A DNA stretch of 63,606 nt, filler included, from Octopus bimaculoides (GCF_001194135.2; 4 parts of 3 records of this genome joined end to end with filler, not necessarily neighbours in it); one strand, 5' to 3'; positions 40,755-54,539 are shown, counted from the first letter of the whole stretch. Translations and numbers: made by a program. Notes: generated from the sequence alone by a model not told the origin.

Positions 40755-42350
40755 ATGTGAAAAATGGTGACAAAAAAATAGTACACGGATACCGGAAATA
40801 GAGTAATGTGGTTTATTAATAAAGTTGCAAAATATCACAAAGACTGTTACACAGGATTTCACGTTCCTGTTCGTCGTATATTTCAGTGTAAGGATGTATT
40901 TATATATGTGTGTGCGCGTGTGCGTGTGCGTGTGTGTGTATTGTATGTGATGAGAATTTATGGAACGGTATCCCATAGAAACTCAACAAACTGTTAAAGT
41001 TGGAGAAGAGAAGACGTTAAAATTTAAAAAAGAATTTTAATACATGCCTACGATCGTTTAACATGTAAATAACATGGTAGAATAATTAGATATTTAATTA
41101 AATTAAGTTAATTACATATTACTGTTCTCCTCAATGCAAAAAAATAAAGGAATATATCAAAAAATTATTATTATTGTTACAGAAGAGTTGATGGCGGAAG
41201 TAGCAAATAATAGATTCGGATATACATATTTTATCCTAATGAAAGATCAAGAGCGTACTAAAAAAAAAGCGCGTTGTCGAGACTAGTTGTGAAAAAACTA
41301 AAACAAATTCGGCTAACGTTTATTTGAAAATATAAGTGAAAGGTGTTTAAGAAACATTCCCTCTATATAAAAATAAGTGGTTAAGTAATATACACTCCAA
41401 AGAAAGCATTTATTAAGATAGAGATGTCCAAAGGCACAGCATAGTTATATTTAAATTAGGATATGACTTGAAAGTTATAAGTAATATATAAGGAATATAA
41501 GGTACGGTGTATATTTAAAGAAGTTATTTTTAATAAAAAAGAAATTTCTGTGTGAGAATAAAAAGAATAAAAACTAGTTAATATAGTTTTTATTATGCCA
41601 CTTGAATGCAAACGAAGAAAACGAAGTTATTAGAGAATAGCTCTATATAATGAAAACATTTTTTAGTGTAAAAACTTTTATTCATTTGTCTGAATTAAAT
41701 ATAAGATAAAGAAATAAAAACAGAAGTAAATACTTGCTGTGGCTAAAAATATTGAAACCCCCTTCCAGGGAAATGTAAATGAAAGGCATTCGAAAGGCTA
41801 ACAAATTAACATTGTAGGGTTGATAAAGCTGAGACAAAGTCGTAAGAATATTTTTTTCAAAAACATTATATTTATCGGTATTTAGTAGGTTGACTATGTT
41901 TTTGTATAAATAATTTTTGTATAAATAATTAAAAAAATAGAACAAGAGTTGAGAATCTAGTTTGTATAAAGGATGTGGGAAGTCTATAGCAATATTATAT
42001 GAATAATTTTCTAATGTAATAGTGAATTGTGAATGTAAGAAAAAATCTTTTTTTTATCTCTGGAGTAAAGGGTGCAAATACGTAAATAAAAAATACGGGA
42101 AACATTTCATATATAAAAAATATCTTATAAATGAAAAAAATATATCGTATACTGATACATTTACAGATAACATATCTAGGAGAAATGTATACATGGGATT
42201 ACATATGCTAGCTAGATGTTAAGTTATTTCATTTGAGGGTGCATGCGGCAGATAAGACACCGTACGGTGTAAGATTTTATGTTTCCAATTCAAACGGATA
42301 AGAAAATATTAAACCAGTAATAAAAATAATTATAACAGTAATAATAAAAT
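40755..42350 (-). mobile_element. Possible very decayed Penelope-like element ending in a hammerhead-bearing terminus
   Basis: The terminus 40813-40890 is homologous to 61598-61677. Upstream AT-rich minus-strand peptides show only faint PLE-RT-like words (SLY, KGV, SYPNLNIT resembling HPNIKFT, YPNLL). Weak. Confidence 0.3.
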
Positions 42351-42371
42351 ACAAAGGTTATGGTCAATGAA

Positions 42372-42614
42372 AAGAGTGATACCAATAGTAATTGGTGCAC
42401 TTAGAAATATCAACACTCAGCTACCAACATGGCTGAAAAAATCGGTGCAAATGTGAAAGTAGAACACCTACAACATTCGGCATTGTTTGGAATTGCAAGA
42501 ATTCTTCGCAGAATTCTTGAAGCATGACCAGTAAACAAGTATTATCTTAGTCTGCTGGCTGTGGACAGCTGACACTTTCCATCATACTCAACAAAATAAG
42601 CTGCAAGTTTTCAC

Positions 42615-42655
<41 letters not shown>
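42372..42655 (+). mobile_element. R4/Dong-type 3' end with (TAA)n tail
   Basis: VIPIVIGALRNINTQLPTWLKKIG..LQHSALFGIARILRRILEA*, then a UTR of about 90 nt, then (TAA)n. Confidence 0.85.
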
Positions 42656-42755
42656 NNNNNNNNNNNNNNNNNNNNNNNNNNNNNNNNNNNNNNNNNNNNN
42701 NNNNNNNNNNNNNNNNNNNNNNNNNNNNNNNNNNNNNNNNNNNNNNNNNNNNNNN

Positions 42756-42792
<37 letters not shown>

Positions 42793-42794
42793 AA

Positions 42795-43110
42795 GCTATG
42801 TGTGTTCATTGGAGATTGTGTGAGAAATATGGTGTTGAAAAGACATTGAAACGGTACGAGCATGAAACAGAAGTTAGCACCGGGAATTATGAATATGAAA
42901 TCTTACAATCCATAGTGATTCAGTGATTGATGATCAGAGGCCAGACCATGTTGTAGTGATACAACAGTGGAGGAAATAATTAGCATAGATATTGCCATAC
43001 TTGGGGATGTAGGAATACAAGAAGAACTGGGAAAAAATGAGAAATACAAGATTGGATTATTATAGGCAATAAAGAAAGTAACGGTCATCTCAGTTGTAGG
43101 TTTATTGGAA
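42795..43110 (+). mobile_element. R4/Dong-type endonuclease fragment (old)
   Basis: VHWRLCEKYGVEK..RYEHETE, RPDHVVV, IDIAILGD, EKYK and VTVISVVG. Confidence 0.75.
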
Positions 43111-43159
43111 GAATTAACAATAACAACGACAATAACTACGACAACAACAAACAAAAATG

Positions 43160-44902
<1,743 letters not shown>

Positions 44903-44903
<1 letters not shown>

Positions 44904-45074
44904 TTTCAGTATTTAAGGAAGCTGACAAATACAAACAAGAAATCAATCTACCTAACAAATACGAAGAAGAAGAAGAAGAAGAAACAACAAAAGCTATAAA
45001 ACAAATGAAATCCAAACTAAAGCTAGAACAACAACGGACCATGATAAAACGATGGCAAGAAAAGCCCCTACATG
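44903..45074 (+). mobile_element. R4/Dong-type fragment beginning immediately after (TAA)n
   Basis: SVFKEADKYKQEINLP...KQMKSKLK..IKRWQEKPLH, the W.EKPLHG motif. Cut by a scaffold join. Confidence 0.8.
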
Positions 45075-45174
45075 NNNNNNNNNNNNNNNNNNNNNNNNNN
45101 NNNNNNNNNNNNNNNNNNTTAATTAATTAANNNNNNNNNNNNNNNNNNNNNNNNNNNNNNNNNNNNNNNNNNNN
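45075..45174. other. Artificial scaffold join: 44 N + TTAATTAATTAA + 44 N
   Basis: Same construct as at 28330. Confidence 0.95.
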
Positions 45175-45201
45175 TATATATATATATATATATATATATA
45201 T

Positions 45202-48200
45202 GGGCTGCTGGAGTTTTGCGATGCAAATGACCTTATGGTTTGCAATACCAACTTCAGGAAACCTGCCTATCACCTAGTCACCTACTGTTCTGGCAGACAC
45301 ACTAGCCAAATTGACTACATCCTCACCAGGAAAAGGGAAAGATGGCTGCTTATAAATGCCAAAACCTTTCCAGGCAAAAAATGTACCCCACAACATAGAC
45401 TAGTAGTTAGTGACTTCAGGAACAGGGCTAAGTGGTTGCCCAGAAGACGACCAGCATGGAGGAGAAGGGTATGGAAGCTCAAAGATCCTGCGAATGGACA
45501 GAGATTTAGAGACATATTACTCAAAGCCTTTAACGAATTAGAAGGGGATATAGCTTCACACGATGTAGAAGACAACTGGAGGTTTCTATGGGACAACCTG
45601 CTGAGGGCCACTGACCAGATCTGTGGCTGGTGCAAAGTCCCCTCTCGACCTAAAATAAAGTGGTGGTGGAACAATGTTGTTGACAGGGCTATTAGACAAA
45701 AGAAACAGGCTTGGAAGGACTGAAAGAACGGTGGTAGCAGGGAATTGTATCTGACTGGCAGAAGGGAAGCTAGGCAACAAGTTTATTTAGCCAGAGGGGA
45801 AGCAGATAAGAAAAAATTTGCCAATGTTCTGAGCCGTGAGGACCAAAGACTTGAGGTATTTTGTGTTGCAGGACAGTGTGTGAGAGAGAATCCTGATGCT
45901 GTAGGAGAGAAATGTGTCCGCATGGATGATGGTACACTTGCACTAAACAAGGCTGCAAAGAGAGAGGTTTGGAGACACCACTATGAAAGGTTGCTCAATA
46001 AAGAGAATGAATGGGCGAAAGAGAGTCTTCTGAATGTCGACCCAACAGAGGGACCAACTATCCGAGTTGACAGTACCATGGTAGATAAAGCAATTAAGAG
46101 TATGAAGACAGGGTAAGCTCCGGGCCCATCAGGAATCACTGCAGAGATGCTCAAAAATATTTGGCAGTGTCGGCTATAGCCTAGTCACCAGTATAGTTAA
46201 TCAGGTGATATACGAAGGAGTCATACCCAATGACTGGTGTAGCAGCACCATAGTCAACTGCTACAAAGGTAAAGGTGACGCTTTAGATACAAATAATTAC
46301 AGAGGTTTCAAGTTGTTGGATCAGGTAATGAAAGTCATGGAGAGGGTCATAGCCCAACTAATTAAGGAGAGAGTTAGTTTAGATGAAATGCAGTTTGGGT
46401 TCGTGCCAGGGAAAAGCACCACTGATGCTATATTTCTGGTAAGACAGCTGCAAGAGAAATACCTAACCAAAGATAAACCTCTGTACCTGGCTTTCGTTGA
46501 CATGGAGAGAGCCTTTGACAGGGTCCCCCGATCCCTTTTCTGCTGGTCAATGAGGAAACTAGGGATAGAAGAATGGTTAGTGAGAGCTGTGCGAGCCATG
46601 TACAGAGACGCTGTCAGTAAGGTAAGGGTTGGCAATGAGTACAGTGAAGAATTCCGGACAGAGGTAGGGGTACACCAAGGTTCAGTCCTTAGCCCCCTCC
46701 TATTTATCATAGTCCTCCAGGCAATAGCACAGGAATTCAAGACAGGATGCCCCTAGGAGCTCCTCTATGCTGATGACCTTGCCCTAATTGCTGAGTCACT
46801 ATCAGAACTAGAGAAGTTTCAGGTGTGGAAGCAAGGACTAGAATTGAAAGGCCTTAGAGTCAACCTAGCTAAAACCAAAGTCCTAATAAGTAGAAAGGTA
46901 GACAAAACACAAACCCCTTCAGGTAGATGGCCCTGCTCAATCTGTAGAAAAGGTGTAGGTAGAAACTCCATAAGATGTACTCAGTGTAAGCTATGGACAC
47001 ATAAGAGGTGCAGCAATATCAAAGGAAGGCTAACTAGCAAGATAGTTTTTTATGTGGTAGATGCTCAGGAGCAATAAACACTGAAAATGTGCAGAAAACA
47101 ACTTCTGCCACATTCCAGGGAGAAAAACTAGACGTAGTTGATAGCTTCTGTTATCTAGGTGACCAAGTTAGTTGCGGGGGAGGATGCTCTGAAAGTGTAG
47201 CTGATAGAATAAGAATAGCCTGGGCAAAGTTCAGAGAGCTCTTACCTCTGCTGGTGACAAAGGGCCTCTCACTCAGAGTAAAAGGAAGACTGTATGATGC
47301 ATGTGTACGNNNNNNNNNNGGGCAAAGTTCAGAGAGCTCTTACCTCTGCTGGTGACAAAGGGCCTCTCACTCAGAGTAAAAGGAAGACTGTATGATGCAT
47401 GTGTACGAACAGCCATGCTACATGGCAGTGAAACATAGGCAGTGAAACATAGGCCGTGACTGCTGAGGACATGCGTAAGCTCACAAGGAATAAAGCCAGT
47501 ATGCTCCGATGGATGTGTAATCTCAGTGTGCATACTCGATAGAGAGTAAGTACCTTGAGAGAAAAGTTGAACCTAAGAAGCATTAGTTGTGGTGTGCAAG
47601 AGAGACGATTGTGCTGGTATGGTCATGTGGTGAGAATGGATGAGGATAGCTGTGTGAAAAAGTGCTAAACCCTAGTGGTTGAGGGAACCTGTGGAAGAGG
47701 TAGACCCAGGAAGATCTGGGATGAGGTGGTGAAGCACGACCTTTGAACATTAGGCCTCACCGAGGCAATGACTTGTGACTGAGACCTTTGGAAATATGCT
47801 GTGCATGAGAAGACCTGGCAAGCCAAGTGAGACCATAATCCGAGGCCTTTGCCAGGGGTGTAGCCAGCCCACTTATGTGAACCTTTCCTTCATTGGACAC
47901 TAAACTCTGCTTGCAAAGACCTGTTGGGGCAAGTGAAATCGTAATCGTGATGGCACCTGTACCAGTGGAGCACTAAGAGCACCGTCTGAGCGTGATCATT
48001 GCCAGAGCAGCTGTCTGGCTTCCGTGCCAGTGGCACATAAATAGCACCATTTGAGCGTGATTGTTACCAGCGTCGCCTTACTGGCACTTGTGCTGGTGGC
48101 ACATGAAAAAACATTTGAGCGAGGTCGTTGCCAGTGCCACTGGATTGGCTCCTGTGCAGGTGGCACGTAAAAAACATCATTTTGAGGTGGTTGTTGCCAG

Positions 48201-48410
48201 TACCACCTGACTGGCCTTCGTACTGGTGGGACGTAAAAGCACCCACTACACTCTCGGAGTGGTTGGCGTTAAGAAGGGCATCCAGCTGTAGAAACTCTGC
48301 CAAATCAGATTGGAGCCTGGTGTAACCATCTAGTTCGCCAGTCTTCAGTCAAATTGTCCAACCTATGCTAGTATGGAAGGCGGACGTTAAACAATAATGA
48401 TGATGATATA
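45202..48410 (+). mobile_element. RTE-clade LINE (end of APE domain, RT, 3' UTR, (GAT)n tail), younger copy
   Basis: SQIDYIL..QHRLVVSDF (APE end), NYRGFKLLD, QFGFVPGKSTTDAIF, LAFVDMERAFDRVP, GVHQGSVLSPLLF, LLYADDL, FCYLGD and WYGHVVRM..GRGRP. Ends in GGCGGACGTTAAAC..(GAT)n. Several stops and frameshifts. Confidence 0.95.
47956..48245 (+). repeat. About 65-bp tandem repeat (4.5 units) in the RTE 3' UTR
   Basis: GTGG(C/A/G)AC anchors recur near 47965, 48030, 48096, 48160 and 48226. Unit approximately GGTGGCAC.TAAAA.GCACCATTTGAGCGTG.T.GTTGCCAG.GC..C.TGACTGGC. Confidence 0.85.
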
Positions 48411-48425
48411 TATACATATATATAT

Positions 48426-48823
48426 AGGCACAGCCATGGCTGTTTGGTAACAATCTTGCTTCCCAACCACATGGTTCCAGGTTCAGTCCCACTGCATAGT
48501 ACCTTGGGTAAGTGTCTTCTACTATCCAATCAAAGTCTTGTGAGTGGATTTGGTAGACAGAATCTGAAAGAAGACTGTCATATATATATATATGTATACA
48601 TATATTTTGTATGTTTGTGTTTGTTCCCCTACTATCACTTGACAACTGAAGCTGGTGTGTTTAGGTCCCAGTAACTTGGTGGTTTGGCAAAAGAATCCGA
48701 TAAAATATGTACTAGGCTTACAAAGAATAGGTTCTGGAGTCGATTTCTTCGACTAGAACCCTTTAAGGCAGTGCTCCAGCATGACCACAGCCAAATGACT
48801 GAAACAAGTAAAAGAATAAAAGA

Positions 48824-48826
<3 letters not shown>
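48426..48826 (+). mobile_element. tRNA-derived SINE family B, full length
   Basis: Head GGCACAGCCATGGCTGTTTGGTAA...GGTTCAGTCCC, internal (TA)n and tail ...GACTGAAACAAGTAAAAGAATAAAAGAATA. Confidence 0.9.
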
Positions 48827-48864
<38 letters not shown>

Positions 48865-48878
48865 TATATATATATATA

Positions 48879-49012
48879 TAGCAATAAGAAAATGGAGGGG
48901 AATTGGTGGTATTCATCAACTTGCAGAAATTGTATTGTGTAGGTAAATTGACACAATACAATGTCTACAAGTTGATGAATACCACCTATTCCCCTCCATT
49001 TTTTTATTGCTA
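48879..49012. repeat. Near-perfect 62-bp fold-back palindrome (MITE-like), with TA at both ends
   Basis: 48879-48940 is the reverse complement of 48951-49012 at 58 of 62 positions, with a 10-nt loop. Confidence 0.9.
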
Positions 49013-49172
49013 TCTAAATTAAGGGTAAAATATCCTTTTACTCACACCCATTTATTGCATTTGGTAACACAAAGGAAAAACACTAGTGTAATAATAATTG
49101 GATATTCTTCCAGCAGTATATTGGATAGATATTATCCCTTAGTGGGTTGGATTCACAACCCCTAACTTTCTT

Positions 49173-49211
<39 letters not shown>

Positions 49212-49455
49212 NNNNNNNNNNNNNNNNNNNNNNNNNNNNNNNNNNNNNNNNNNNNNNNNNNNNNNNNNNNNNNNNNNNNNNNNNNNNNNNNNNNNNNNNN
49301 NNNNNNNNNNNNNNNNNNNNNNNNNNNNNNNNNNNNNNNNNNNNNNNNNNNNNNNNNNNNNNNNNNNNNNNNNNNNNNNNNNNNNNNNNNNNNNNNNNNN
49401 NNNNNNNNNNNNNNNNNNNNNNNNNNNNNNNNNNNNNNNNNNNNNNNNNNNNNNN

Positions 49456-49497
<42 letters not shown>

Positions 49498-50759
49498 ATG
49501 TGTGTGTGTATGTGTGTGTGCGTGTGTGCATGTGTGTGTGGACACATATATACGTATATAGGTTTGGTAGAACAAACAGAAGAAACAGAATTCAAAACAT
49601 ATGATTACATTGGCTATAAAGTTACATAAGGGCTTTAAGGGCAGAGAGTATCATGCATCACCCCTTGAGCCACTTATGTAATGTCACAACCAATTATAAT
49701 ATATATGTATGCCTGTAGCTAGGATTAAAATCCAAGTTGTGTCCTCATACAGCACATCTGCATATTCCAGTACTCTAAAATTGTATGTAGATGTTATAAT
49801 TACATGAGGTATGCATGAGTTGAAAAATACTGATAAACGGTGTTTGGAGAGATATTGCACATCAAAACAGATGGTTGGAAAAAATTCTTTTAGTATTATT
49901 TATTCACCATTACACATGTATTATTTGATAGTAGGAGTTGCAAAATTGTACATGAAAGATATCTTCTATTAGAAATTTTTCATACAGAGAATCAAATAAT
50001 ACAAATTTTTCATTTGGATTGAGCTTTAATTTATATGACTGAGTATAAATTAAACAGTTATCCAAACGTAAATTTTTCACTATTTGATTGTGTGTGTGTG
50101 TGTGTGTGTACACGCGTGTGCATGTGCATGTGTGTGTGTGTGTGCTTGCATGTGTGCATGTGTGTGTGTGTTCATGTTTTAATTTATATATTAGACCTCT
50201 TCCTCAAAAGAGGGAACTGGTTTCTAACAGAGAAGCAGAAGTTCCTTGACTAGAATTTGGTTAACAACAATAGTAATTGTCATATATCAACTTTCTGGAA
50301 AGTCTTGTATATTTTCCCTGTTTTACTTATAGATTTTGTATATAAAGTGCGTGTTAGTCACCCTCTTTCTTTGCTTAAAAATACCTTGCTTTTCGAGATT
50401 ATCACTTCGATATTTACTAGCATTATCAAGTACACCAAAAAATGCATGTTTGTATGTATGAATATGTATTGTGTATGTATCTATGTATTTATCCATCTAT
50501 CTATCTATGTTCCATCCATCTAATCTGTCTATGTGTGTGTGTGTATGTGTGTGTGTGTATGTGTGTGTGTGTATGTGTGTGTGTGTATGTGTGTGTGTGT
50601 ATGTGTGTGTGTGTATGTGTGTGTGTGTATGTGTGTGTGTTTGTACTTGTTACCTGAATTTCTGAAATGAGGAACTATCATTATTATACACTAACATATT
50701 CAGACTAGTGTCCTAATTTTCATTATAATTGTCAATGGAGTATCTCCTTTACAGCATGA

Positions 50760-51056
50760 CACTTGTTCCTGTCTTTCCAACTTTAGCCTCTCTACATCTT
50801 ACACAGAACCACCTCCCTCAATACTGCCAAAAATCCTATCTTGCAAGTTATTTGGTGACCTCAATGTTGCTAAAGCCATGAAAAAAGCACTCAATACATT
50901 CTGTAAAGTAGTTGGAATTAGGAAGAGTATCCAGCTATAGAAAGTTTGCCAAAGCAGACACTGGAGACCAGTGCAAACCTCAGGCTAATCAGATCCTGTC
51001 AAACCATCTAGTCCATGCTAGCATGTTACATAAATGTTAAATGATGATCATGATAA
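50760..51056 (+). mobile_element. Degenerate RTE 3' end
   Basis: GGAATTAGGAAGAGTATCCAGCTATAGAAA...CCATCTAGTCCATGCTAGCATG..GTTAAATGATGATCATGAT matches 48260-48410. Confidence 0.7.
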
Positions 51057-51753
51057 CATTTCAGTCATTGTAGTCTCCAGCCTTCTTCAAGTGCCTGTCA
51101 CAATCAAAGTAAAATATGTGAATAAAAAGTTTGGCTTAATGCTTCTAATTTCCACTCCTACAGGACACTGAAATATTGAATGTAATTGTTAATTTAATGT
51201 CAAGTGTAGAAGTTCAGGTAGTGGGTATGAGCTCAATTGCTGGCTCAGGCAAGTTATATATGTGTATATTACTCTGATTGAATAGAAATGAGCTAGTGGC
51301 ACTGCAAGTAGTAGACAGAACTAATAAAAAATATATACTACATGTGGACAATGATATGAGAACAATGTGCACTCTGGATTTAATAAAAGGTTTCATTTTA
51401 AATTCTGAGGAAATAACAAGTTTGACAGTTATCAGAAGACCAGAGTCTACAATATCTGAAACAGTGTTACGACAACAAATAAGATGAGAAGGTATATTAT
51501 TATCATTGTCATCATCATCAATGTCATCGTCTTAACATCAACTTTTCCATTCTTGCATGGGTCAGATGGAATTAGTTAAAGTGGAATTTGTACAGTCTAA
51601 TACCCTTTCTGTCACTAACCCTCACCTGTTTCCAAAAGAGGTAATATTTCTCCATAACCAGTCATATTTTCACAGAAGTTTAGTAATGAGCGACAACACT
51701 TGCATGATAGTGACACTCATTTACAACTATCAAGGATGTCAGAACAAAGAGAC

Positions 51754-51812
<59 letters not shown>

Positions 51813-51821
51813 TAAACATAA

Positions 51822-51978
51822 CAGGCTTCTTTCAGTTTCCCTCTACCATGTCTATTCACAAGGGATTGGTCAGCTTGGGGCTATGGGAGAAGACACTTGC
51901 TCAAGGTGTCACACAGTGAGACTGAACTCAGAACCATGTAGTTTGGAAACAAACTTCTTACCACACAGCCATGCCTAT
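51822..51978 (-). mobile_element. SINE family B head (CpG-decayed)
   Basis: GGCTTCTTTCAGTTTCC...AGACACTTGCTCAAGGTGTCAC...GACTGAACTCAGAACCATGTAGTT...CTTACCACACAGCCATGCCT. Confidence 0.85.
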
Positions 51979-51981
51979 GCT

Positions 51982-52030
<49 letters not shown>

Positions 52031-52127
52031 NNNNNNNNNNNNNNNNNNNNNNNNNNNNNNNNNNNNNNNNNNNNNNNNNNNNNNNNNNNNNNNNNNNNNN
52101 NNNNNNNNNNNNNNNNNNNNNNNNNNN

Positions 52128-52182
<55 letters not shown>

Positions 52183-52209
52183 GATCTAATATTAGTGTAA
52201 TATGAGGAA

Positions 52210-52500
52210 CTGTAATATGAGACCTGTAATATGTTGAATGTCCAACTGGGTTAAATCTGAGATACACCCTACCTGTCTAACCTATTGCTAGAACCTATGA
52301 CAAATTCTCTTTCTAGCTCGTATGTCTACATGTGTCCATCCGCTCCCACTGCCTGAGACCAAAGAGGCCCACACTAGTCCTACTTCCAACCACTTGACCT
52401 TGCTCACTCTTCCTCTTCTGGTAGGGCCCCTCAGCCATTAATGTTACTGACCCTTTCCTTCCAGTTTGCTTACACCAGTACACCAATACTGATACTCTTT
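52210..52500 (-). mobile_element. Probable RTE C-terminal/3' fragment (old)
   Basis: Minus-strand remnant resembling WY...EG...RGR..W, followed by 3'-UTR-like sequence. Highly diverged. Confidence 0.4.
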
Positions 52501-53354
52501 GACACAAACATACACAAATGTATAATGTGCATATATGGCAGTCCCTAATATGGTATGTCAGATATTTCAGTATTTCTCCTTCACAAGAGATCTATTCTCA
52601 TAGTCCCAAAACATTTGTAATTGCTTATAAATTTTCATTGAATATATATGTGTATATATGTTGTTGCTGATGTTGTCATTGTTATAGTTATCATTGTTGC
52701 TTAAACTTAGACCACACTTTGATCTAACAGATGACTTCTTTTTATTACCTCTAGCCATGATCATTTTTCTGTTTCAGGAATTACATTGCCCTTCTCTTTT
52801 TAAAATGGTTAGGTTACATCATGTAAGGTAAATTTAGCTTCTATATCTATATGTGTATATTTTGGGGTTATTTAGACTTTGGTCAGATCTCATCTAAAAC
52901 TATGCTCAAGGACGTTCTAAAATGACAATTCCACCTTTTGTTTCAACTATAGTGTTTCTGGAATTGTATTATCCAAAGTGTACTTCATTTGAAGGAGATA
53001 TATCTACTATTCCTGGCAGATGAAGAGGTTTGCTGTGTTTTGTTTGTAATATATGATGCAGGCATGAGCAAGTGATTAAGAAGTTAATTTTGCAATTATA
53101 AGGTTTTGAGTTCAATCCAACTACCTAGCATATTTAGCTAGTATTTTCTGCTATAGATTGTTGTGTATCCAAACCTTGTGAATAAAACTCAGTAGAGATG
53201 GAAATTGTCTCAAAGCCCATTGGACAGACTGTATTCACAATTCAAAAGATCAGCTTTGTCATACAATGTATGACAAGGATTCTGCTGGGTGATTATGTTC
53301 AGGTTAGATGTATCAATGGAATATTCAGCCTGTTACACTATAAAAGAAGATGTA

Positions 53355-53937
53355 ATACTGGTTTGGCACAAGGCCAGCAATTTCGTGGGGCGGGGTTAAG
53401 TCAATTACATCAATTCCAGTGCTCAACTGGTACTTATTTTATTGATTCTGAAAGGATGAAAGTGTAGGGAAGTGGTTATACACCATTAGGTGTACTCCGC
53501 TCCTGTACATTAAATTTCTTGAAGAAAACAACGGAACGCAGGCTCTAAACTATCAACACAACAATATTTATTACAATAGAATTCTGCTCACACTAGGAGG
53601 GAATTCGGCAGCACTTCGCCCTTTAGTTACTGAGACGCCGTCAATGAAGTTGCGTGGTTATCTGTGTAGCTCCAGTGCTGGGTTGTGGGAGAGCTCTGTT
53701 GTGACGTCTAGGCTCTTCAAAGATCAGCGAGCAAAGAGGGTGAAATCCACGTGAAAGCTTGGATATGGATGACTATGCATGCGCATGAGACTCTTCCTGT
53801 ATTCCTGCGCATGCGTGGATAAACTCTCCGGAAATGGCGTCTGCTATTAGGCGTCACTACAAAAGCAAAGTTGATCTTGGTGGAGTTTGAACTCAGACGA
53901 ATGGTGTGCTAATGATTCTGTCAGCTTGCTGCCTTAA
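53355..53937 (-). mobile_element. Family-A SINE interrupted by a solo LTR
   Basis: The SINE consensus GAAAGGATGAAAG(G)CAAAGT.GA is split between 53462 and 53862. Confidence 0.85.
53463..53861 (-). mobile_element. Solo LTR (399 bp), probably Gypsy-type, with 4-bp TSD AAAG
   Basis: TGTAG...CTACA termini, AAAG at 53459-53462 and 53862-53865, and a minus-strand AATAAA (53573-53568) followed by a GT-rich tract. CpG-rich relative to its flanks. Confidence 0.9.
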
Positions 53938-54539
53938 TACAAGATGTAATATTATAATGCTATATGTAATACTTTATGATGGCAGTTTCTTCATGTCTGA
54001 AGACCATAAGAAAGAGTGGCACAATCTCAAATGGCTATGTAAATAGATCCTTGACACTATAGGGTTTTTTCCTGCCTGTGCTCAGTAGTTTTAAAGGGAA
54101 AGTCAGTTCACACAATCCAATCCCAGTCTTCAGACTTGGAGGTCTGACTAGAGTGGCTCAATGGGCTGACATAGATGAAGCAACCAGCAATTTGTAGGTT
54201 TTACATTGGAGTGACCTTGTCCTATGTGAATTGCCTTACAGGAATGAAGAGATCCGCCTTCTTTGGAATTGTTGGAAGAGTATCAAACAGTGCACCAGAC
54301 CACCTAAAAGACTCCACACCTTGACTTGCTATCAAAGTTGACTCCTCAAGTCTTTTCCTTTCCCAAGGCACTCACAAGACAATAAGGGTCTGAGCTTAAA
54401 ATTTCTTCCATACCTTTGTTGGGACCCTGACAGGTGCTACTACTGTGGGTCAGAGTAGACTGGGAAACAATGACAGCTAAGAGATGATTCCACAGTCCTC
54501 AAAACCATAGAAATCCCAAATTATGATGCAGTTTAAAGT

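Noticed and set aside
41190-41201. GATGGCGGAAGT (YY1 + ETS-like) as the promoter of the CpG-depleted block
   Set aside because: A single short motif inside a probable decayed element, separated from the block by an unsized scaffold join.
47222-47407. Exact 88-bp tandem duplication within the RTE
   Set aside because: The two copies sit on either side of a 10-N gap, which is typical of an unmerged contig overlap.
47956-48245. Regular repeats as a CRISPR array or ribozyme array
   Set aside because: The context is eukaryotic, the units are contiguous diverged tandem repeats without unique spacers, and there is no CUGANGA/GAAA core.
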